NCBI GenBank assembly: GCA_026936335.1
Contig: JAPMXV010000068.1
Coordinates: 124,001 to 188,000 of the forward strand
Length of the DNA: 64,000 nt
Origin: Mantamonas sphyraenae STR306
Taxonomy: Eukaryota > Protista > CRuMs
Direction: 5' to 3'
A program made the position numbers and the translations under genes. The notes beneath the pieces were generated by a model, which worked only from the letters and a program-made list of their open reading frames with translations, searched no databases and was not told the origin of the DNA. Within the stretch, counting starts at the first letter, position 1; each line of letters starts with the position of its first letter. Of this stretch, positions 1 to 12,016 are shown piece after piece.

Positions 1-180
1 GACGACAAGAACGTGGAGATTGCGCATTCGCTGGACGGGGTGGATGGGATGTGTGTGCTGGGCTACGACGAGTACAAATCGGACGTGATGCGTGAAGACG
101 CATCCGGAGCGAGCCGCAAGCGCAAGAAGCACGGCCAAGAGGACGGAGGTGAGGATGGTTGGGCATGCACGGTGCAGTAG
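1..180 (+). CDS. 3' end of an upstream gene (partial), unknown product
   Basis: Frame 1 is open from base 1 to TAG at 178-180 (DDKNVEIAHSLDG...RKRKKHGQEDGGEDGWACTVQ*), with codon usage like neighbouring + strand genes. Confidence 0.5.
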   Translation, partial: DDKNVEIAHSLDGVDGMCVLGYDEYKSDVMREDASGASRKRKKHGQEDGGEDGWACTVQ

Positions 181-243
181 GGGAATAGTGGGGAGTTGGG
201 TGTGCGCCGGGGGAGCCACGGAGAAGAAAGAAACTGGGGAGTG

Positions 244-2347
244 ATGTCCACCCGCAAAAACTACAAAGAGTTGGATTTGGAGCAGAGTGTGCTGCTGGTA
301 GGTGGCGGAGGAGGAGGAGGGTTGTGGCGAGGGCCCAAGGGTTGACACTCGGTCTTGCGTTTTCCGGTTCCGGCTGCAGGACTGCTTTGGGACGATGGGC
401 TCTGTGGTGGCGCGAAAGGTGCGGTGTTCGGGAGAGGAGGGAGAGGCGTATGCGAAAATGGAGGAGGGGAAGGAAGAGGCTGCGGGCAAGGGGAAGGGTA
501 CGGCGGGGGCGGATCACATTCCGCTGGGGACGCTGCTGAAAAAGGTCTGGCCGTACATTTGGCCAAAGGACAACACGGGCCTGCATGCAAGGGTTGTGAT
601 CTCGTTTGTGCTGCTTGTGGTGAGCAAAGTGATTACGGTGGCGCTTCCGTTGCTGTACCGGCACGTTGTGGACGCGCTGATCAGCAATACGGTGGTGGAC
701 GGGGCAGATGCGATGACGTGGGTGGTTGTGTACGGTGTGTTGCGGCTGATCAACACGGTGGTGAAGGATCTGCGTCGGCTGGTGTGGATCCGGGTGTCGC
801 AGTTTGCGAGCAAGACACTGAACGCGGACTTGTTTCGTGAACTGATGGCTCTGAGCCAGCGGTACCATGTGCAAGAGCGCAAGACGGGCGAGGTGTTGCG
901 TATCATGCAGCGTGGCACGTCTTCTGTGTCGTCGCTGCTGAGCATGCTGCTGTTTTCGATTGTTCCGACTCTGCTGCAACTGCTGTTGACGGTAACTGTG
1001 TTTCTTGCGCTGGACCTGCCTGCAATTGCGGTGGTGGTGGCGATGAGCATCATTTCGTATGCGATGTACACGATTTTCATCACGGAGTGGCGTGCAAAGT
1101 ACAGGCACTGGGCGATCAAGGCGGACAACAAGATGACGCAAGCGGCGACGGACAGCATCCTGAACGTGGCACTGGTGAAGCAGTTTGCAGCGGAGCAGGA
1201 GGCATTGGACCGGTTTGAGGAGCGGATTGAGTATGCGCAGACGGTGATGGTGCGTTCGGAAGAGACGCTGTTTGTGCTGAACGCGGGCCAGACGATCATT
1301 GTGGAGGTGGGGCTGCTCATTTGCATGCTGATTGCAGGGTATGCAGTGACAAGCAGCAGCCTGACGGTGGGCACGTTTGTGATGACGGTGTCGTACATGC
1401 TGTCTTTGATCAGCCCGCTGGGATGGCTGGGGTCGTCGTACAGGCTGCTGAGCAACGCGTTTATCGACATGACGGCGCTGTTCAAGCTGCTGGAGCGGGA
1501 GATTGAGATCAAGGACAAACCGGACGCGGTGGAGCTTGCGTGGGACAAGGACATGGCGGGGGTGAAGCGGCGAGTGGAGTTTAAGGACGTGCACTTTGGG
1601 TACAGCGCAGAGACGCCTGTGTTGAAGGGGGTGTCGTTCAGCGCACAGGGGAACAAGGTGGCGATTGTGGGGAGCAGCGGAGCGGGGAAATCGACGATTG
1701 CCAAGCTGCTGTTCCGCTTCTACGACGTGATGGAAGGAAGCGTGTGTGTGGACGGACACGACGTGCGGGACTTGCAGATGCACTCGCTGAGGCGAAACAT
1801 TGGGATTGTGTCGCAGGACATTGCGCTGTTTTCAGACACGATTATGGCGAACCTGCGTTTTGCACGGAGCGATGCGACGGACGAGGAGGTGTACGAGGCT
1901 TGCCGTGCGGCGTCGATCCACGACTTTATCATGGGGCTTCCGGATGGGTACGAGACACAGGTGGGGGAACGTGGCTTGCGGCTGAGTGGCGGGGAGAGGC
2001 AGCGGCTTGCGATTGCGCGGATGACGCTGTCCAAGCCGACGATCATGGTGCTTGACGAGTCGACGAGTGCGCTGGATAGTCACACGGAGCGGGAGATCCA
2101 GGCAGCGCTGGACGAGTGCAGCAAGGAGGTGACGACGCTCGTGATTGCGCACCGGCTGAGCACGATTGTCAACTCGGATGTGATTATTGTGTTGGATGAC
2201 GGCCAAGTGGTGGAGCAGGGGACGCACGATGAGTTGTTGGAGTTGGATGGGATGTATGCGAGGTTGTGGAAGCAACAGAGTGAGCAGGAGGCGCTTGAGG
2301 CGGAAGCTGGGGATGAGGAGGAGGGTGAAGGGGTTGGAGGGAGATGA
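244..2347 (+). CDS. ABCB-family half transporter (ATM1/ABCB6/HMT1-like)
   Basis: Exon 244-297 (MSTRKNYKELDLEQSVLL), intron 298-379 (GTAGGT...TGAC...CTGCAG), exon 380-2347 in frame. TM domain with RKTGEVLRIMQRGTSS, Walker A GSSGAGKST, signature LSGGERQR, Walker B LDESTSALD, H-loop IAHRLSTI. Confidence 0.93.
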
Positions 2348-2436
2348 AGGGGGGGTGAGTTTGGGTGGTCAGGGGGGATGGTCAGGGGAATGAAGGGCGG
2401 CGACGGAGCCAATAGAGAAGGGAGAGAGCAGCTGCG

Positions 2437-2946
2437 ATGTTTGCGAGGACACGGAGAGTGGTGAGGCGTGTGGTCGTGCCGATGACGCTGGCTTTGGGTG
2501 TGGGATGTCAGCCTGGGATTGTGCACGCGTCGACAGATGCAAACAAGCGGGATGGGAGTGTGGGGAGGCGATCGGTAAGGGGGGAGGCCGCTGGAGCGGA
2601 GCCTGTGCGGCACCCGACGCTGTCGCTGATTGGGGTGTCTGCACTGGCTGGGCTGGGGACAGGGGTGGTGCTGAGGAGCATGGTCACGGCCACGGTGAGT
2701 GCTGCAGGGACGGCAGTGGCGGTGGGACTGGTGGTGGCGGCGTGCTCGCCGGAACCTTCCAAAAAGGCGGAGGACTTGGCACGGCGGACGAATGCCACAG
2801 TGAGGGAGGTGCAGCGGCGGATCCAGCGCGAGGGGGAGCGGAGGAAAGGCACGGTCAAGGGGCTCATCGAGCGGATTGAGCACAACCGCTGGCTCGTCGT
2901 GGTTTTTTCCGTTTCATTTCTCGTGGGGTGGTCCATGCTGAGTTGA
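2437..2946 (+). CDS. FUN14/FUNDC-like small membrane protein
   Basis: Small-residue TM segments (ALAGLGTGVVLRSM..., AAGTAVAVGLVV), a charged coiled segment and a C-terminal hydrophobic helix (VVFSVSFLVGW) match the FUN14 layout; Arg-rich N-terminus. Assigned by pattern only. Confidence 0.45.
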   Translation: MFARTRRVVRRVVVPMTLALGVGCQPGIVHASTDANKRDGSVGRRSVRGEAAGAEPVRHPTLSLIGVSALAGLGTGVVLRSMVTATVSAAGTAVAVGLVVAACSPEPSKKAEDLARRTNATVREVQRRIQREGERRKGTVKGLIERIEHNRWLVVVFSVSFLVGWSMLS

Positions 2947-3003
2947 GTCTGCTTTGAATGAAAAGCGTTTATGGTTGAGGGGGAGGAGGGGGAGCTTTGG
3001 CAG

Positions 3004-4446
3004 TTAGCCTGTGATGAGGTCGCCCACAAGATGAGCAAGAGCGGGGACGGGTTGCGGGTCGGCGTCATTTTCGTCGTCGTCGTTGGCGTCATCATCATCG
3101 GCGTCGTCGTCGTCGTCATCACCGTCTTGGTCGTCGCCCATGGCAAAGCCAAAGCGTTCGCGTTCCTCGTAGCGGCGAAAGGCGTCGATGACGTCGCCGC
3201 CGCTGGCGAGCTTCCAGTGGAGAGTGCGGCGGAGATCCTTGCGTTCGCGGAGGGTGCGTCGGATCTTTTCCTGGTAGGCGACGACACGTCTGTTCTTGGC
3301 AACCTCGCGGCTAAACTCGGGGCCACGCATTTCGTACCAGCCGGCCACGGGGGGTTTGAGCTGCTCCTTGACAAGTTCCTTCTTGCGCTTGACCAGCTTG
3401 CGCTCGACTGTGCGCAGGTGCTCCAGGATGTCGTCAAACATGTCGACGACAAGGTAAGGGTCGATTCCAGGCACCACGGGGGGTAAGCTCATCCCCGTTG
3501 CCTCCAGCTCGTCCCGTGCTTGCTGCGCACGTTCCTTTTCGCCCAGCCGGGCACTGACCATGCCCGGATGCCATCGGCGGCCCTCGGTTTCCGAGTAGGA
3601 CGAGGAGGAGGAAGGGTGGGAGGAGTGCGAGGTGTAGGACGAGTAGGACGAGTAGGACGAGTAGGACGAGTAGGACGAGTGCGAGGAGTGCGAGGTGTGG
3701 CTGCGGGCTGAATCTAGGGCTTCTGTGTCGTAAAACGTGACGGTGCGTACGGGCATGTGTTCGAGAGAGGGGACAGAGGCGTTTTCTTGGCGGTCGTCTG
3801 TGCCGCTGTTGCTGCCGCTGCTGCTGCGGCGGGACGGAGAGGCGGCTGCTTCGCGTGCTCCGCCCTTTTTCTTGGTTCTGCTGCGTGTGGTCTTGCCGCG
3901 ACGCTTCTTGGCGCTGGACGGTTGTGTCTTGCGGCCCTTGCGTGTGTTGCGTGTGTTTGTTTTGCTGCCGCGTGTCTTTTTGTCGCTGTGGGAGCGCTTC
4001 TTGTCCTGGAGGCGGATTCGATGGCCGTTAGCGGACTGGTTTCTGCGTGCAGCGGGGGTGCGGGGTGCGGGTGAACGTACCATCTTGCGTAGTTTGGCCT
4101 CCATGGCATCGAGGAGGATCTCGTTGTACTGTTTGGAGTCCATGGGCACCTCCTCCCAGCCATGGTCGTCCTCTTCGTAGCTGGGGGTGCGTGTGCGTGT
4201 GCGTATGTGGTCGTCTTTGTGGTCGTCGTGGTCGTAGCTGTGGTTGTCCTGAGGATAACTGGGCATGGAGCCGAATTGGCCGCCCTGGTTGGGGTAGGGC
4301 GTGTACATGGCCTGGGGCGGAGGCATCATCGGCGGCTGCGCGGGCACGCCGTAGGGGAGGCCGACGACGCCGTAGCCGCCGTAGGGGTTGGCCACAGGAG
4401 GAGGCTGTGGGTAGCCGCCGCCGTAGTTGGGTGGGTTCCAGGACAT
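3004..4446 (-). CDS. Hypothetical protein with Pro/Tyr/Gly-rich N-terminus, basic and Ser-rich low-complexity middle, coiled C-terminus
   Basis: ORF from ATG 4446 (MSWNPPNYGGGYPQPPP), head-to-head with TTC7 (59 bp gap); contains SSY repeats. Confidence 0.65.
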   Translation of the reverse strand: MSWNPPNYGGGYPQPPPVANPYGGYGVVGLPYGVPAQPPMMPPPQAMYTPYPNQGGQFGSMPSYPQDNHSYDHDDHKDDHIRTRTRTPSYEEDDHGWEEVPMDSKQYNEILLDAMEAKLRKMVRSPAPRTPAARRNQSANGHRIRLQDKKRSHSDKKTRGSKTNTRNTRKGRKTQPSSAKKRRGKTTRSRTKKKGGAREAAASPSRRSSSGSNSGTDDRQENASVPSLEHMPVRTVTFYDTEALDSARSHTSHSSHSSYSSYSSYSSYSSYTSHSSHPSSSSSYSETEGRRWHPGMVSARLGEKERAQQARDELEATGMSLPPVVPGIDPYLVVDMFDDILEHLRTVERKLVKRKKELVKEQLKPPVAGWYEMRGPEFSREVAKNRRVVAYQEKIRRTLRERKDLRRTLHWKLASGGDVIDAFRRYEERERFGFAMGDDQDGDDDDDDADDDDANDDDENDADPQPVPALAHLVGDLITG

Positions 4447-4505
4447 GGGCTGGGCTATTTGGGCGGAGTGGCGCGGCCAGGGGCAAAAGTACACTCTTTT
4501 GCTGA

Positions 4506-7245
4506 ATGTCCAAACGTCAGTCGCAGCTGGAGCGCCAGCTGACTCAGGAACGGTTTGCGGGGTATCCGAACTGGACACACACGACGGAGCTGCTGAAGGA
4601 GTACCTTGAGTTGAAGCCCGACAGCGAGCTTGCGCAGCTGGCGCTGGTGGAACAGGCGCTGCATTGGGGCGACCTGGATCTGGCGCAAACGCATCTGGAC
4701 ACAGCCAAGAGCAAGTACCCAGAGTCGGCGGTAGGTGGTTTGGGGCGGGGGAGACGGGGGGAGAGGGAGGGGGATTTCGAATCCCTCCCACCGTGGCAAA
4801 TTCCTGACGCGGTTTCGACGGGGTCTTGCGTGCGGGGGCGTGTGTGTGCGACGCGGGTGCGTGTGTGGCCGTGTGGGTTGTGTGTGATAGGACGTGATTG
4901 CGATGGCGGTGCACGTGGATGCGCTGCGTGGGGAGGTGGAGGCAGCGATGGAGCAGGTCAAGGCGCTGCCGGTGCGCAACTCGTCGGAGATCAAGGGGTT
5001 TTCGCTCGCGTTTATGACGCAGCACCCTGCGCAGCGGGACGACCAGTCAAGCAGCAAGCTGGACCTACTGTCGGACACAGAAGCAAGCGCAGCGGTGACG
5101 GTCAAGTGGTTGTTCCGTACGCTGCTGCACAAGGCAAAGCTGGAGGCGCTGCAGGGGAGGCTGGACGAGGCCATCGACACGCTGGAGCAACTGTTGGAGG
5201 ATGCAAGCGAGGCGTTTCGCGGGTACTCTGTGCCCGTGGACAACGTGTATCTGAATGTGATTGAGGAGGCGTACCTGCACATTCCGCAGCTGCATTTCGC
5301 CCTGGGGAACCTGGAAGAGGCGGTGACCACGTACCGGCGGTGCCTGCAGCTGCCGTTTGGGCTGCGTCGGGACTCGCGGCACAATGTGCTGTCGTCTCTG
5401 GGCAATTTGCTGCTGCGGTTTGTGCCAGAGGGGAGTTTTGTGGCGCCGAGCGTGTCGTCCACGTCGTCGTCGTCGTCGTCGTCAGGGTCGGGCGACGTGT
5501 ATATTCCGGACAGTGCGGTGGCAGAGACACTGCTGCTGCTGAGGCTGCATGACGAGTCGCTGAGGGGGGACAGCTCGCAGCCGGACGAGCTGCAGCACGT
5601 GCAGCTGTACGACGGGATGGCGCTGGCGTACTGCTCGCTGTTTGGAGCGCAGGACCAGCTTGTGGCGACGTTTGAAAAGGCGCTGCGGCAGAATTACAAA
5701 GACCGATCGCTGTGGTTCCAGTATGCGCTGTCGCTGATCCACGCGCGGCGGTTCAAGCACGCGCTGACGGTGCTGAAGGAGGCGCATCTGCTGCTGCCAA
5801 AGAACGCGTCGCTGTGTTTGTTTGGGGCGCGGATGTGCATCGACCACGTGGACGAGCCTGCGCAGGCGCTGCTGTTTGCGCAGGCGGGAGTGCGGATTGG
5901 GGGCCCGCTCAAGGCGCAGCTGCAGCACGTGATGGCGGTTGCGTATGTGCGGCTGGCAAACATGCAGCACAACCACGGAGAGCGCAACCGCATGCTTGTG
6001 CTTGCGCTGCAGGCGTTTCAGCAGAGCGAGGCGTTGCACAGCAAGGACTACCGGCTGATGTACGACATGGCGCTGATGTATGCCAACTTGCGGGACCTGG
6101 TGAACGCGTTCAAGTATGTGCGGCAGACCATCAAGCTGAACGGGGACTGCGTGGGTGCGTGGAAGCTGCTTGTGCTGCTGCTGTCTGCGCGAAAGGAGTA
6201 TGAGCAGAGCCAGGAGGTGCTTGCGAGCACGCTGGAGCGGTTCCCGGAACACCTTGAGCTGTACCTGATCAAAGGCCATCTGCAGTCTGCGATGGAGGAG
6301 GACGGGGTCAGCAAACACAGCGTGCTGTCGTTCACAGAGGGGCTGCGGCAGCTGAAGAAGCTGTACGGAGTCAAGACGAGCGAGGACGCGCCTGCGATCG
6401 GGGTGACGGGAGACGACGGCAACGAAGAGGAGGAATACGTGGAGGCCGGAGACATCCTGAGCAACCTGGTGGATCCCGTGTCTGGGGAGCTGCTGTCAAA
6501 GGCGCACAACCCGGGGTTGAAGCGGCTGATCCAGCGGTTCTGGCTGGCGGCGATGCGTGCGTACACCCAGATGGACCTTGTGGAAGACGCGCTGATCTGT
6601 CTGGAAGAGGCGGCTGCGATTGACGACGACTCGCCGGAGCTGTTTTACGAGGTGGCGCGTACGGAGCTGCAGCAGAACAACCACCGGGAGGCGCACAAGG
6701 CGCTGAACAAGGCGCTGGCAGTGGATGTGTACCACGCGCCGTCGATGATCCAGCTCGGGGCTCTGATTCTGGAGCAGGTGGTGAGTGCGCGGCAGAGCAA
6801 GATGAGCAAGCAGGCGAGGGAGGAGAACACAGAGATGGAGCGGTTCCTGCGGGAGATGGTGGATCCGCTGGACGAGCTGGGGGTGGAGTACGACGAGGAG
6901 ATGGAAGAGTATGGGAATGATGTGCAGGAGGAGGGCGGGTCTGTGGACGGGGACGACGTGTCGTCGGACAAGAGCAACCAGAGTGTGGACAGCGACGGAG
7001 CAGACCGGAGTCTGAACGAAGCGGTGGACATGGCGAACGAGGACCGGCTGGTGGTGGCGGCGTCGTACATCAAGAGTGCGTTGGCGTTGGATCCGATGGA
7101 CTCCAATGGGTGGTATCAGTTGGGATTGATCAAGCGGCACCTGGGCGAGGCCAAGCAGGCGAGCGAGGCGTTTATGACCGCGTTGCAGCTGGAAGAGACC
7201 GAGCCAGTGGCGCCGTTTGCGATTCCTGGGGAGGGGTATGCGTGA
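4506..7245 (+). CDS. TTC7: TTC7/Ypp1-like TPR protein (PI4KIII-alpha complex scaffold)
   Basis: Exon 4506-4730, intron 4731-4890 (GTAGGT...GATAG), exon 4891-7245 in frame. TPR array with LWFQYALSL, AWKLLVLLLSARKEY and C-terminal AFMTALQLEETEPVAPF, typical of TTC7. Confidence 0.82.
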
Positions 7246-7271
7246 TGATGAGAGGGTGCAACAATAGAGGA

Positions 7272-9292
7272 TCACTTGTAGTCCGAGTCGCGTCCCTCGT
7301 TGATGTAGTCGTCGGCCTTGCCCGTGACGTGGAGGACAATGGGGATGAAGAAGGAGGCGAGGGAGACGAGGAGGACGACGGCGATGACAATGGTGCCGAT
7401 GGCGTCTGCAGTGGGTGCGTCGAGGCCGCCGACGGCAAAGATGATGGCGAGGACGGTGACGAGGGCAGAGGTGCCGAGGGAGGAGAGCTCGACGTAGAGG
7501 TCGATGAGGGACTTGTGGGGCCGGCGCCACCAGGTAAAGGCCATGTGGAGGAGAAAGAGGGCGGCGGAAAAGATGAGAGAGAGGAGGGGCTGGGTGGTGG
7601 TGAGGACGACGAGGACGATAAAGAGGAGCTTGCGCGCGAGGACGGTGAGTTCCCAGTAGTACTCGTCTTCGGTGTAGGAGGCGACCAGCATGCCGAAAAA
7701 CATGTCAAAGTCCTCAGAGGGCCGTTCGGTGCGCTTGAAAAAGAACATGAGGCCGATGGCAAGCGGGAAGCCGATGCTGTAGACGAGGACCATGAGGTAG
7801 TGGATGCCGCTGGCTTCTTCCCAGATGCGCTGGTAGCAGTTGATCTGGGAGCTGGGCACCCAGAGGATGGTGCCGTCGTCGAGGGGCTTGCAGTTGAAGA
7901 TGCCAATGGCCTTTGTGGAGAGGCCGACGTAGAGGAAGCTCATGACCTGGAAAAAGGTGGAGCGGATGGTGGCTTGGATGCGCTCGCGGCTGTCCTCGTT
8001 GGCGCACTTTGTGATGGCGGTGGCGACGACGCTGAGGATGGCGAGGATGATGGGTGCGAGGGCGGTGTACTGGACGTTGTCCGTGTACTCAAAGGAGGCA
8101 CGGTCTGCGCCGACAGACTGTGCGCCGCACTGGGGCGCGAGAGCCTGGAGGTTAAAGTTGAGGAGAGAGAGGGAGTCGAGGAACTGCTGGACGACGGGCG
8201 GGTAGGGGACATCGATGGTGCGGAGGACGGCGGTGACCTGGAGGAGGGAGGCGATGGAGGAGAGGAAGTAGACGGCGGTGGAGAAGCCCGAACCAGCCTT
8301 TTTGTAGGCGCGATAGAGGACAAAGCCGACGAGGAGGAGGATGACGGCGAAAAAGAGGGCGAAAAGAGCGGAGGAGTCGATGGCGGGGCATTCGAGACAG
8401 GTGTCGGTGACCATGTAGAAGCCCTGTTGGCACTCTGCACATCGTGCGTCGGTATAGCCTTGGGCGCACTGGTCGCATTGTTCCAGGACGCGGGTGCCCT
8501 TGGGAAAGTCTGTGTCAGGGTTGACCTGGGCGTCGGGTTTGACGCGGATGATTTGGGTGTTGTTTGGTCGGCAGGCATAGCAGCATTCGCCAGCCGCGCA
8601 GACGTCGCCCAGAGGGCATTCGTAGATTTGAAAGTCTAGGACGCCTTTAAAGACGGAGCTGGGAGGGAGGGGGGTGGGGGAGGGGGGAGTGGGTTTGGGG
8701 CGGAGGGAAACGGGTGAGAAACGGCAGAGGGGGGTTGGGAGGCGGGGGGGGGCACTCACTTGCGCTCATCGCCGACAATGGTGCAGAAGTGGCCCTTTTT
8801 GGCGCGGAGGTAGCCGAGGGAGCAGTCGTAGCCGCCGCCGGGAAAGTCGGTGGCGCAGGAGCGGCAGGCGGTGGTCTGGAGGACAGTGCGAGAGATGTTT
8901 TGGTCTTGAGCGAGGCGCTGCCAATCAATCTTTGCCGGCGCAGGGGCCGGGTTGTTGGGGTTGGGGTTGTTGGGGTCGCCTGGGGGAGGCGGGGTGGAGG
9001 AGGAGGCGGCGGCGTCTTCGAGCGGGACGACGGCGCCGTCGACCATGCAGGTGGCCTTGCGGTATTGGCCAGCAGGGCAGCGTTGAGAGACACTGCATGC
9101 GCCGGCGGCTTCCAGCATGGGTTTGTCGTTGTCGCTCTTGCAGACACCGCCCGAGGGGCCTGGGTTTGGGCCTGGGTTCGGACCCGGGTTCGGACCTGGG
9201 TTCGGGTTCGGCGTCGGGGTCTGGGCAACGGCGAGGGCAAGGAGCAGGGCAAGAGTGAGGCCACACAAGGTAAAGAGGCGACGAGAGGCCAT
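7272..9292 (-). CDS. Signal-peptide, Cys-rich ectodomain, multi-pass membrane protein
   Basis: ATG 9292 with signal peptide (MASRRLFTLCGLTLALLLALAVA), PNPG repeats, CxxC/laminin-EGF-like Cys modules; intron 8759-8659 (GTGAGT...CCCAG, phase 2); about 8-9 TM helices with YTEDEYYWELTVLARKL. Confidence 0.72.
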
Positions 9293-9327
9293 CGTTCGTT
9301 CGGAAAGACTGCTTTTTGATTGGTGCA

Positions 9328-12016
9328 TCAGGCGCCGCGATGCTTGAGGGACTCGGGGTCGTCGCAGAGGGCCTTGATGTCGTTGAGGGAGGACTCGACC
9401 TCGAGGTTGATGGCGAGCATCTGGTCTGCATCGCCGTCGTTGGCAAGCTGCTGGACAACGAGGCTCTCAAAGTGGGCGAGGCGCATGTAGGCGTCGTTTG
9501 TGAGCTTGCCGTTGAGCTCCTCCATGAGGCGGCTGACAAAGCGGCCGGTGAGCGGGAGGAGGAGCTTGTGGGTGGTGAGAAAGAGGAGCTGGAGGGCGTG
9601 GATGAGGAGGTCGTCGCCAGTGACGCTGGCCTGGATGTGCTGTTTGAGGAGGGCTTTGCGGTCTGCAAGCAGGGCCTTTTCCTTCTTTTTGTTCAGGGCC
9701 GGGCAAAACAGCTGGCAGGCTTCAATGACCTGGTCGAGATGGGTGAAGAAGGAGTCGAGGGTCTTGTTGCTGGCGTTGTCGTTGAGGTCGGCCAGGGGCT
9801 CACGGATCTTTTTGTCCAACTGGGCGATGATGGCCGCGCGTTGCTGGGCGGTGCTCGGCGGGGCGTCAATGTGGATGTAGTTGCGCAGCGCTTGGTTTTC
9901 CACGATTTGGTTGAGGAGATCCTGGCAAGGGCCGCGGAGGAAGGCGTGTTCGAGTTGGGAGTAGGCGGTGGTGGTGTCGGAGGAGGTGGTGTCGGAGGAG
10001 GTGTCAGAGGAGGAGGATGGGAGAAAGTGCTCGACGGCGCGGCGTTGGAGCTGGAGGAGGTGGAAGTTTTGGGCAAAGGTGCTTTCAAAGTCTTGCTCTT
10101 GCTTGCGGCGGTCGGTGTTGGTGTTGACAAAGAGGGACTTGCGGGCGGTTTCAAAGATGATTTCGAGGTTGGGGCGCATGTAGTCGATGATGAGGAGGGC
10201 CTGGTCGTCGTCGAGCCAGTCGATGTCGTCGAGTTGGAGGAGGGTGGCGATGAGGTCGGGGGTGTCTGGGAAGGAGGTGGAGGAGGAGGAGGAGGTTGGG
10301 TGGGAGGAGGAGGAGTGGGAGGATGAGGAGTGGGAGGAGGAGTGGGAGGATGAGGAGGACGAGGACTTGCCCTTTTTGCCCTTTTTGCCCTTTTTGCCCT
10401 TTTTGCCGCGGCGCGAGGCGTTGTCGTCGCTGTCAGAGTCTGAATCGAGGGCCGCGCGCTCGAGCTCGTCGAGGAGGTCGTCTTCGTTGAATTCTTGGTG
10501 GCCGCGCTTCTTGCGGGGTTTGCCCTTTTTGGAGGCCTTTTTGGAGGAGGAGGACGAGGTGGTGGTGGTGTCGGCGGTGGTGGTGTCGACGGTGGTGGAC
10601 GACGGGGCGGAGGACATGGTGGCCGCGGCTTGCTCAAAGTGGCGTTGGAATTGGGCGCGGACCTTGTCTTGGAAGCGGTTGGTGATGAGGAGGTTGTCGC
10701 CGAGGAGGTGGATGGTGTCTTTGTGGGTGGCAAGGGCGTCGCAGCGGGAGACGACGGCTTCGGCGTCGGTGGGGGTAAAGAGGTCGGGGAGGAGGGTGAG
10801 GATGTCGAGAAAGTCGCCATCTTCGACAAGAGCCATGACCGAGGCGTCGACACGTTCGACCATGGTCGGGTTGACGTAGCAGGAGTCGAGAGGGATGCCG
10901 TCGGGAAAGGTGCGTTCCATGTACCCGCGCGGGTTCTTGATCTGCAGTTTGTGGAGCATGGAGTATTCCACAAAGGCGTTTTGGTTGTAAAAGTCGCGCA
11001 CCCACTTTCCTTGCATCTTGCTGTAGATGCTCGGGGTGTAGATGGCCTTGTCGCCGCGGCCGGAGACCACGCCGGCGATTTGGCCGGATTCGAGGAGGGA
11101 GGAGACGCAGTCTGGGGGGGGGGGGGGGGGGGGAGGGAGGGAAGGGGGTGGGGGGTTAGTTGGGGGAGGGTGTGGGGAGGGGTTTGAGGTTGCTCTTACC
11201 AAAGAACAGGTGATCTTCGAAATCGTAGCGGCCGAGGACTTCAGAGAGGGCGGTGGGGCGGGTGACAGCGACCATGACACCGCGCACGCGTGCTGTGTGG
11301 CGGCGGACAAAGGCGTCGGTGTAGAGGACGCCGCGGTCGAGGGAACCGTGGATGATGGTGGAGGCGCGGTCTTGGATGCACTGGGTGAGAAAGTCGGTGG
11401 TGAGGTTAAAGGTCTTGGCAAGGGTCTCGAGAGGGACGGCACCGGATCCCTGGAGCATCTCGTTGATCTCTTCGGCTACGTTGTCCACGTAGTAACTGCG
11501 GGTGGGGGAGGCGGGCACGCGTGGAGCGTGGGGGAGCGGTTAGCAGAGGCGCATGGGTGGCAGGGATTCCGCCTGGGGAGGCAGCGGCAGGGGCAGGGCA
11601 CGTACTCTGCAAGGAGCTCGCCGTTGACGAGGTCGATGTGTGGGTCGGAGCGCGCAATGGAGGTGGCCTTTTCCTCGATGTACTTCATGTCGACGTGGAG
11701 GACGGGCTCGAGGTTGACCAGGTTGATGCGGCCGCCGGCGGCGACGAGCTCGTCGCGGATGTCCAGCTCGAGCTGGGGAAAGGTGAGGTACTCGCGGGAG
11801 GTGGTAAACAGGAGTTTCAGCCGTTGCTTGTCCATCAGTCTTTGGACGATCTCCACACAGTTGCGCTCCGAGAGAGTGTGCAGGGACGAGGCGCTCTGCG
11901 CTTCCGCAAACTGGCGCTGGAGTTCTCTCTGGGGGGGAGGGGGAGGGTTAGTCAAGAGGGGGGTGGGGGAGGAGGGGAGAAGGGGGAGGAGGGGGCGGGC
12001 GTACAATTTCGTCCAT
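9328..12016 (-). CDS. UFL1: E3 UFM1-protein ligase 1
   Basis: Four exons (introns 12004-11929, 11605-11496, 11199-11112) give MDEIRELQRQFAEAQ...LSERNCVEIV...REYLT...GGRINL...EEINEMLQ, plus the GKKGKK basic insert. Confidence 0.93.

Noticed and set aside
4760-4800. tRNA-like T-arm hairpin (GGGATTTCGAATCCCTCCC) in the TTC7 intron
   Set aside because: No D-arm, anticodon arm or acceptor stem could be built around it.
3004-5025. 673-aa ORF overlapping TTC7
   Set aside because: The part above 4446 is antisense to TTC7 exons and intron; ATG 4446 is the plausible start.
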